A stretch of 42,259 bases of DNA, taken from NCBI GenBank assembly GCA_011620345.1, contig WOZJ01000050.1, forward strand, positions 215,976 to 258,234. Reading direction: 5' to 3'. The DNA is from Nitrospirota bacterium (GTDB taxonomy: Bacteria > UBA2233). Shown here piece by piece: positions 36,454-42,259 of this stretch (positions within the stretch are counted from its first letter, which is position 1; each line of letters starts with the position of its first letter). The notes under the pieces are model-generated. The model ran no database searches and was not told the origin of the DNA. It saw only the letters and a program-made list of their open reading frames with translations. Position numbers and translations under genes: made by a program.

Positions 36454-36828
36454 TTAATCTATACTTAAAGAATCGGTTTTTTTGGAAGAAACTTGACCAG
36501 GCCCCTGCCGCTCTTTTGGTAATTGTTCGGTACGCCCTTCGAGGCCTTTTTCGATGAACTCTGCCACCCCGAGCGAGCTTGTTTTTGCGATTTCGTCTGC
36601 CAAGGCCAAATCGATCAACATCTCGTAAGTATCCTTGCCCGTCATCTCTGGGGCCAGGCTGTTATGGGGGATTGTTTTTCTCATCTCTTTGAGCAGAGAA
36701 TACACGAACATGGATTCAAACTGCCCTGCAATCTCGTGAATGTTGGCGCCGGAAGTTCGACCAAGACTTCCTGGATTAAGGATAGCCTGTTGCGCATTGA
36801 GCTGCCCAATTGGTTCTATTGAATCCAT
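36454..36828 (-). CDS. flgJ: Rod-binding protein FlgJ (no muramidase domain)
   Basis: A.QFESMF...LLKEMRKTIP, Y..L.D..LA..IA...LGVA. Confidence 0.88.
   Translation of the reverse strand: MDSIEPIGQLNAQQAILNPGSLGRTSGANIHEIAGQFESMFVYSLLKEMRKTIPHNSLAPEMTGKDTYEMLIDLALADEIAKTSSLGVAEFIEKGLEGRTEQLPKERQGPGQVSSKKTDSLSID
36470..36496 (-). promoter_or_regulatory. sigma28 (FliA) promoter for flgMNKL inside the flgJ 3' end
   Basis: Minus strand TCAA(GTTT)-N15-ACCGATTC versus consensus TAAA-N15-GCCGATAA, about 40 nt upstream of flgM. Confidence 0.72.
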
Positions 36829-36837
36829 AGCCTCTCC

Positions 36838-37956
36838 TTATAGAATTTCAAGGTCCGCGTGTAGCGCTCCAACTTGCTTGATCGCCTGCAAGATGGCGAT
36901 CAAATCCCTAGGCGACGCGCCTAGGGCATTCAATCCTCTTACGACGTCCTGAATCGTGGCGCTGCCATCCACAACGGCCACCTTTCGCTGCTGTTCTTGT
37001 ACCTGGAGCTGCTCTTGTGGAACAACCACTGGTCCCGCCTGGGTAAACGGTGGAGGCTGGACGACGGCGACCTCCTGTTGGACGGTAACCGTTAGATTCC
37101 CGTGAGAGACGGCAACAGGAGAGAGCGTGACGTTGCCCCCCATCACGACGGTTCCCGTACGTTCGTCGATGACAACTTTTGCCGGGGCGTCCGGGCGAAC
37201 ATCGAGGTTTTCAAGCGCGGCCATAAAGTATGCGGGGTCGTTTTGGTATTTATCGGGGATTTGAACGCGTACATAGCCAGCATCGAGCGCCTTGGCCGGA
37301 TACCCTGGAATGCTTTCGTTGATGACCGACGCCATCCTAAGCGCTGTCGTAAAGTCCGGCGTTTGGAGCGCAAGCCCTACCTCTACGAGCGGGCCGGAAG
37401 AGGTTTCGCTTGGCGGGTTTTTCAGTATAGCACCGTTTGGAATGCGTCCAGCGGTCAAATGGTTCTGGACGACCGCGGCCCCAAGCGCGCCAAACGCCCC
37501 AAAGCCGCCTACGGAGAGCGGACCTTGGGCTATGGCGTGGAGTTTTCCATCCGGGCTACTCAAGGGCGTCATGATCAACGTCCCGCCAACCAGGGAGCGA
37601 GCGTCACCCATCGCCGAAACGACGACGTCGAAACGACTGCCTGCCCTGGCGTAGGGAGGAACAGTTGCCGTCACCATTACCGCAGCGGTATCGTCGCCCC
37701 TAAAACGTTGGATATCTTCAACCTTGATCCCGTTGTTCCGAAGAAGGTTGTAGATCGTGCGAACCGTGTAGGGGTTGCGTCGGTTGTCCCCTGTGCGGTT
37801 AAGACCGGTGATAAGCCCGTACCCAACGAGCTGTTCGGTTTGGCCTGTCGAAAAGTTCGCGATATCCTTGATCCTTGCTGCCAAAGCCTCTTGAACCGTC
37901 GAGCAGGCACACCCAAACAAAAAGACGAAGATTAACACGAAAGACTTCATGTTCAT
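36838..37956 (-). CDS. flgI: Flagellar P-ring protein
   Basis: ARIKDIA, L.GYGL..GL..TGD, AAVMVTA, DA.SL.GG.L, ERTGTVV, GA.P.DLI.ILQA; AAGGGAGG RBS. Confidence 0.96.
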   Translation of the reverse strand: MNMKSFVLIFVFLFGCACSTVQEALAARIKDIANFSTGQTEQLVGYGLITGLNRTGDNRRNPYTVRTIYNLLRNNGIKVEDIQRFRGDDTAAVMVTATVPPYARAGSRFDVVVSAMGDARSLVGGTLIMTPLSSPDGKLHAIAQGPLSVGGFGAFGALGAAVVQNHLTAGRIPNGAILKNPPSETSSGPLVEVGLALQTPDFTTALRMASVINESIPGYPAKALDAGYVRVQIPDKYQNDPAYFMAALENLDVRPDAPAKVVIDERTGTVVMGGNVTLSPVAVSHGNLTVTVQQEVAVVQPPPFTQAGPVVVPQEQLQVQEQQRKVAVVDGSATIQDVVRGLNALGASPRDLIAILQAIKQVGALHADLEIL

Positions 37957-37966
37957 CCAGCCTCCC

Positions 37967-38611
37967 TTAAAAAGGCCAGATCTTGTCAAGGACGCCGGCC
38001 AAGAATCCAGGCCTTTGCTTGTTCCCAACGAGCCCTTTCCCTTCGTAGCTTATGGCCAGGTTTGCAATCAGCATCGAAGAAATTTGGTTACTGGATTCGA
38101 TGTCCTCGGGCCTAACAACCCCCCTTAGCAGCATCACCTGGTCCTCGTCGTTCAGGCGAATCCTGCGTCTTCCTTCGATGAAGAGGTTCCCGTTGGGGTA
38201 CACGTCCCGAACGACGCAGACCACCTGAGTTACGAACGTCCCGCCCCTCTGGGTTGTTCCCGTACCCGTGTAATCGTGCGTGGCGTTCATGTCGCCCGAA
38301 TACGTCCTAGCGCCCGGATTTGTGGTAAAGTCTCCGCTTAAACCCGTTTCACGGTTTGTCGTCGTCCCAGCCTGGTAGGTGGAGGCCGCCTGTTCGGCCA
38401 CGTTCACTACGACGATGTCGTTGAGCCTAGAAGCTCGCTTGTCGCCAAAGAGGTCTCTGTAGGCCGGCTCCGGATAGCCCTGCTGCTGCTCGGATGCGCT
38501 GGGGACGTAATCTACCATGTCCTTAGACATTTCTCCCAGCATCGGTTGCTTGTAGGCACAGCCTAAGGCAAGCAACAAAAGGACAGCGGAGCTATACGAA
38601 GGCATTTTCAC
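37967..38611 (-). CDS. flgH: Flagellar L-ring lipoprotein
   Basis: Lipobox LALGC, LF.D.RA....DI, PNGNL.IEG, G.VRP.DI...N.I.S, PG.L......WPF. Confidence 0.94.
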   Translation of the reverse strand: MKMPSYSSAVLLLLALGCAYKQPMLGEMSKDMVDYVPSASEQQQGYPEPAYRDLFGDKRASRLNDIVVVNVAEQAASTYQAGTTTNRETGLSGDFTTNPGARTYSGDMNATHDYTGTGTTQRGGTFVTQVVCVVRDVYPNGNLFIEGRRRIRLNDEDQVMLLRGVVRPEDIESSNQISSMLIANLAISYEGKGLVGNKQRPGFLAGVLDKIWPF

Positions 38612-39357
38612 GGCGCACTCACCCGAACCTGCTTTAGGCCGACAACCCGGCCTTTGACCACTTTTTTCGATGTGGAATTCATCACTTCAACCTCATCTCC
38701 AAGGATTCCATTCTGTTTGGCCGTGCCCTTGGCGTGAATTTGGTACCCGGCTCCCTTAATGAGCAGATCTACCTCGTCGCCAACGTTCACGGCCACGACA
38801 TCCTCGAGCGCATGCTTGCCTATTGGGCCGTCCGAGGGAATATCCATCCGAAGCCGTTTGCCGACAGCTTCCTGGGGATTTTGAAGGACGTTTCGCAATG
38901 CAGGGTCGTTCATGTCAGAACGCACCAGGTCAATATCTGCCGGGTCGAGGACATCGCCCTTGGCCAGCGAACGCCTTGCGACAACGGCCGACTCGTAACG
39001 ACGGACGGCAGGGCGGACCTTCAGCCGAAGGAGCGTCTCAGAGCCGCTTCGAAAGCAGAGAGTAAAGCTCGCCCGGTTGTCGAAGGCAAAATCGTCGGAA
39101 AATTCCGCGACGACTTCAAGCCCATCCTTAGTGGGCAAAAAGACGTCACGAACCCCGTACCAACTTTGGACCTCCACGTCTTTTCCTTCAAGCTTGGCCT
39201 TCTGGAACAAGAAATGCTCCGCCAGTTCTCTAATTTTTTCTTCAGGGACACGAAATCGCCTCGCCTCCCCTTCGGCCAATGACAACCGAACCAAGCCGGC
39301 ACACAGCATCAACGCGACGCAAATAAAGGAGACAAGGGACGAACGACAGCGTGCCAT
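38608..39357 (-). CDS. flgA: Flagellar basal body P-ring formation chaperone
   Basis: Signal peptide, SAF-like VVARR.L.KG.V, G.A.QNG..GD.V.V.N..S.K.V.G.V. Confidence 0.9.
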   Translation of the reverse strand: MARCRSSLVSFICVALMLCAGLVRLSLAEGEARRFRVPEEKIRELAEHFLFQKAKLEGKDVEVQSWYGVRDVFLPTKDGLEVVAEFSDDFAFDNRASFTLCFRSGSETLLRLKVRPAVRRYESAVVARRSLAKGDVLDPADIDLVRSDMNDPALRNVLQNPQEAVGKRLRMDIPSDGPIGKHALEDVVAVNVGDEVDLLIKGAGYQIHAKGTAKQNGILGDEVEVMNSTSKKVVKGRVVGLKQVRVSAP

Positions 39358-39365
39358 GTCAGCTC

Positions 39366-40154
39366 TTAACGCTTCAGGTTGTTTGCCAGCTGGAGCATTT
39401 CATCCGATGTTTTTACAGACTGTGAGTTGATCTCGTAGGCGCGTTGGGCCGTGATCATGTTAACCATTTCCTCTACGACGCTCACGTTGGACGTCTCCAA
39501 GTACCCCTGCGCGATTGTTCCCAAGCCTTGCTCGCCTGGGATCCCTGGAATCGCCGCCCCTGAAGCGTCTGTTTCGAGGAAGAGATTTCGGCCGATGGCT
39601 TGAAGGCCGGCCGGGTTCAAAAACTTGACAAGCTCGAGATTCCCTATTTCCTGTGATGCAGACTGGCCGGCCACCTGGACTGAAACCGTCCCGTCGGTAC
39701 CCACGGTAACGGCGGTCGTATCGTCGGGGACAGTGACTTGAGGGTCCAGAGGAAAGCCATCCGAGGTGACGAACCTGCCGTCCCGATCTAGCTTGAAGTC
39801 TCCAGCGCGCGTATACGCAATCAGGCCGTTCGGAAGGAGAACCTGGAAGAACCCGTCCCCTTCGACCGCCACATCGAATGGGTTCTCTGTATTTCGAAGG
39901 TCCCCTTGGAGAAAAATCTTCTGCACGGCTGCCGGCCTCACGCCCGCGCCAAGCTGGATGCCCGTAGGGATCATCGTGTCAACGCTCGAAGGCGCCCCGG
40001 GAGACCTCAAGATCTGGTAGAGTAAATCTTGAAAGTCTGCCCGCCCCTTTTTGAAGCCCGTCGTATTCACGTTTGCCAAATTGTTGGCGATGACATCCAC
40101 GTTGAGTTCCTGGGCTCGCATACCCGTGGAGCCAATCCAAAGCGAGCGCATCAT
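39366..40154 (-). CDS. flgG: Flagellar basal-body distal rod protein
   Basis: MMRSLW...[53 protein letters not shown]. Confidence 0.97.
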   Translation of the reverse strand: MMRSLWIGSTGMRAQELNVDVIANNLANVNTTGFKKGRADFQDLLYQILRSPGAPSSVDTMIPTGIQLGAGVRPAAVQKIFLQGDLRNTENPFDVAVEGDGFFQVLLPNGLIAYTRAGDFKLDRDGRFVTSDGFPLDPQVTVPDDTTAVTVGTDGTVSVQVAGQSASQEIGNLELVKFLNPAGLQAIGRNLFLETDASGAAIPGIPGEQGLGTIAQGYLETSNVSVVEEMVNMITAQRAYEINSQSVKTSDEMLQLANNLKR

Positions 40155-40200
40155 TTTCTTTGTCCCCTCCTTGTTATTCTAGCGCATTTTCTTCATGGAT

Positions 40201-41019
40201 TCAGCCAACACGGGCTACCCTCTCAATGGCGGTCCCATCGATGCTGTCAAACGCTTGAACGGCTTTTTGGTAAGCCTCGTACCCCCTTAAAAGGTCAATC
40301 ATCGTGACCATCGTTTGAAAAACATCCACGTTGGAACTCTCAAGGTATCCCTGGCCGACTTGGGCCTCCATCGCAGGGCGTATGCCCTCTGGAGCACCCT
40401 CGTAGCGAAAGTATGTTCCAGGTTCCTTTACAAGCCTTTGAGGATCGTCAAACCGAACAAGATTAATCTGGTCTAGTTCGATGAAGGCGTCCTGTTCTTC
40501 GGATTCTGCATACACCCGGCCTTCGGGGGAAATTATCAGGTTGCGGAGGTCCATCGAACCCAAACTTGGAGTCTCTACGTTAATCTCACCTTGAACGCCT
40601 AACACGGGGAACCCTTCCTGGGTGACGATTCTCCCTTGGGTATCTATTGTGAAGTTGCCAGACTTGGTATAGCGGGGGCCGTTTGGAGTGGCCACGCTAA
40701 AAAACCCGTCCCCTAGGAGCGCAAGGTCGAGCGGGTTGTCCGTAGGAATCAGCTTGCCCGTTTCATAGTCCGTGAAAGGCCTCCCTAGGTCAACATACCG
40801 TACTTGGTTCTCATTGTAAGGATAGGGCCATGCACCCGTTGATTCCTTAGTGAAGGATGGCATGTAACGCTTTGTTGTCAGCGGAAGGAGCGAGGTGAAC
40901 GCTAGGTCGTCCCGCTTGTACCCTGCCGTCTCCTTGTTGGAGAGGTTGTTCGCTACGATATCGAATTTTCTTTCAGAAGCAACAGCAGCGGACGCCGCGA
41001 TGTATAGCCCTTTGTTCAC
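40201..41019 (-). CDS. flgF: Flagellar basal-body rod protein FlgF
   Basis: GLYIAAS, ANNL.N..T.GYK, T.NPLDLAL.GDGFF, YTK.G.F, QGYLE.SNV; GTG start. Confidence 0.9.
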   Translation of the reverse strand: MNKGLYIAASAAVASERKFDIVANNLSNKETAGYKRDDLAFTSLLPLTTKRYMPSFTKESTGAWPYPYNENQVRYVDLGRPFTDYETGKLIPTDNPLDLALLGDGFFSVATPNGPRYTKSGNFTIDTQGRIVTQEGFPVLGVQGEINVETPSLGSMDLRNLIISPEGRVYAESEEQDAFIELDQINLVRFDDPQRLVKEPGTYFRYEGAPEGIRPAMEAQVGQGYLESSNVDVFQTMVTMIDLLRGYEAYQKAVQAFDSIDGTAIERVARVG

Positions 41020-41366
41020 GTGCTCCTCCGGGGGCGTTTGAGTTGAGCGATCAATCGAACCTCCTGCTCAGGGATCTGGGTGACCTCTTTGAGGATCTTC
41101 TCTACACTGTATCCTTCTCTTAACAATTCCACTACACGCTCGTAGGCGCTCTCGTGCTCTCCTTGATCTTCTCCTGGGGGAGCTGCCAACCCGTCTTGGG
41201 CGCCCGGTGCAGGTTGGCTCTGAAGGTGTTGAGGACCTTCCGGCTGCACAAGCGCCCGCTCGAGCGTCTCTTCAAAGCTTGAGCGTTTAGCGCGACGAAG
41301 TTCAACAAGAATAACGACCAGCAATAAAACGATCCCAATGTCCAACCCAAGCTCGATCCATGCCAT
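41016..41366 (-). CDS. Single-TM protein with C-terminal helix-turn-helix-like domain (SwrB/DUF2802-like)
   Basis: N-terminal hydrophobic helix, Pro/Gln linker, YERV.EL.REG.SVE.I.......EV.LI..L; overlaps the flgF start (GTGA). Confidence 0.65.
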   Translation of the reverse strand: MAWIELGLDIGIVLLLVVILVELRRAKRSSFEETLERALVQPEGPQHLQSQPAPGAQDGLAAPPGEDQGEHESAYERVVELLREGYSVEKILKEVTQIPEQEVRLIAQLKRPRRST

Positions 41367-41369
41367 CCT

Positions 41370-41558
41370 CTACGCCTCGACGTCAAGCCGGCTTTTGTCC
41401 CCTTGGCCCTGCCTTCCCTTGCCCTTGTCTGGTATTTCACGTTTTTTTTGCTGCTGCCCTTTATCCTTGGGCTTCCTTTCTTGCCCCTCCGTCGGGGTAG
41501 GGCCGCCTGCTGGAGGACGAACCGGACCCAAGGGGGTTGCCAGAAGAAAAAAATGCAT
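41370..41558 (-). CDS. Small hypothetical protein, low complexity, ending RLDVEA
   Basis: Fills the gap between the fliA stop (41564) and the next start (41366) on the operon strand; weak RBS. Confidence 0.5.
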   Translation of the reverse strand: MHFFLLATPLGPVRPPAGGPTPTEGQERKPKDKGQQQKKREIPDKGKGRQGQGDKSRLDVEA

Positions 41559-41563
41559 ACCGC

Positions 41564-42253
41564 TCACGTCTTTTCGTACCCTTTGAGTTCTTGCCGAATA
41601 AACCCGATGCAATGGCTGTGGATTTGGCAAACCCTCGATTCCGTGACCCCTAGAACCAGGGCGATCTCCTTCATCGTCAGCCCGGCTTGGTAGTAGAGCG
41701 TCAAGACCTGCTGCTCCTTGGCATTCAGCCTGGATAAGCAGGCCTTCACGAGGGTGAGCAGCTCTGTGGCCTCAAGCCTGGATAGGGCGTCCGGTTGCTC
41801 TTTGTCTACCAGCTGTTTCGATTCCTGTTCCATTTCTTGGAGCGATCGAACTTTCATGGCTCTTGCCCAAAAAAGCCGCGGAGAGGGCTCAAGCCCGTAA
41901 TCCGCCATCTGGGTTTGGAGCTCGACGGACGAAGGCTTGCGGCCATTTTGCTCGAAAAAAGCTTCCTCGAGAGCGTCCATCTGCTTTACCTTACGCCGCA
42001 TTTCCGCGGGAAGCACATCGAGGCTGCGTAAGCCGTCAATCATCGCCCCCTTGACTCTGCGCCTTGCGTACGCGCTAAACGGGACGCCACGGCCGGCATC
42101 GTACCGGCCCGCCGCTTCGATAAGCCCCTGAAGCCCCGCAGCATAGATCTCCTCAATATCAATTTCTTCGGGCAATCTCAGCTTTAGCCTGTAGGCCTCT
42201 TGCCGAACCAAGGGGAAGTACATCTCGAGCTGACCTTCAACCATCGGTTGCAT
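41564..42253 (-). CDS. fliA: Flagellar sigma factor sigma28 (start could lie beyond the window edge)
   Basis: PLV...A.RL, G..GL.EA..RYD..RG..F.AYA..R..GAM.D.LR..D, LYY...LTMKEI..VLGVTESRVCQIH. Confidence 0.93.
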   Translation of the reverse strand: MQPMVEGQLEMYFPLVRQEAYRLKLRLPEEIDIEEIYAAGLQGLIEAAGRYDAGRGVPFSAYARRRVKGAMIDGLRSLDVLPAEMRRKVKQMDALEEAFFEQNGRKPSSVELQTQMADYGLEPSPRLFWARAMKVRSLQEMEQESKQLVDKEQPDALSRLEATELLTLVKACLSRLNAKEQQVLTLYYQAGLTMKEIALVLGVTESRVCQIHSHCIGFIRQELKGYEKT

Positions 42254-42259
42254 GCATCC

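Noticed and set aside
37102-37935. 277-aa plus-strand ORF
   Set aside because: Antisense shadow of flgI
41350-41365. sigma54-like TGGCATG-N4-GAGC on the minus strand upstream of flgF
   Set aside because: The -12 element lacks TT and the site coincides with a start codon region; insufficient support

Overview
A 42 kb, densely coded, moderately GC-rich chromosomal segment of a flagellated diderm bacterium. Gene order and protein types suggest a Deltaproteobacteria/Desulfobacterota-like organism (inference only). In order: partial dGTPase; tRNA-Arg(CCT); nitronate monooxygenase and aldehyde dehydrogenase; a two-gene cytochrome bd-superfamily (CydA-like, heme c-fused) membrane complex; two tRNA-Ser genes, serS, a UvrD/PcrA helicase and ClC-CBS; thiM-thiE; an acyl-CoA dehydrogenase; a VOC protein; a Zn/Mn ABC importer headed by a small Cys/His-rich ribbon-helix-helix protein; DUF72; tRNA-Gly/tRNA-Cys-phoB-phoR-HPr; a metH-hypothetical-mlaEFD (MCE) operon; ArnT-like, GT9 and GT2 glycosyltransferases; a PaaI thioesterase; an AI-2E transporter; a membrane-anchored RsbR-type STAS protein; and the fliA-(2 ORFs)-flgFGAHIJMNKL flagellar cluster. 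I saw no integrase, transposase, prophage, CRISPR array or rRNA. The best candidates for undescribed biology are: (i) a non-Zur RHH/zinc-finger metal-uptake regulator with a tandem TGTAATA operator candidate; (ii) an exported protein of about 20 aromatic 'x(F/W)P(F/L)' repeats sitting where MlaA/MlaC partners would be in an MCE operon; (iii) the Q-loop-less CydA-cytochrome c pair; (iv) a perfect 16-bp hairpin abutting a second hairpin in the uvrD tail just before serS; and (v) the TM-HAMP-STAS stressosome-like sensor. All calls come from reading motifs by eye; no searches were run, so novelty is unverified.
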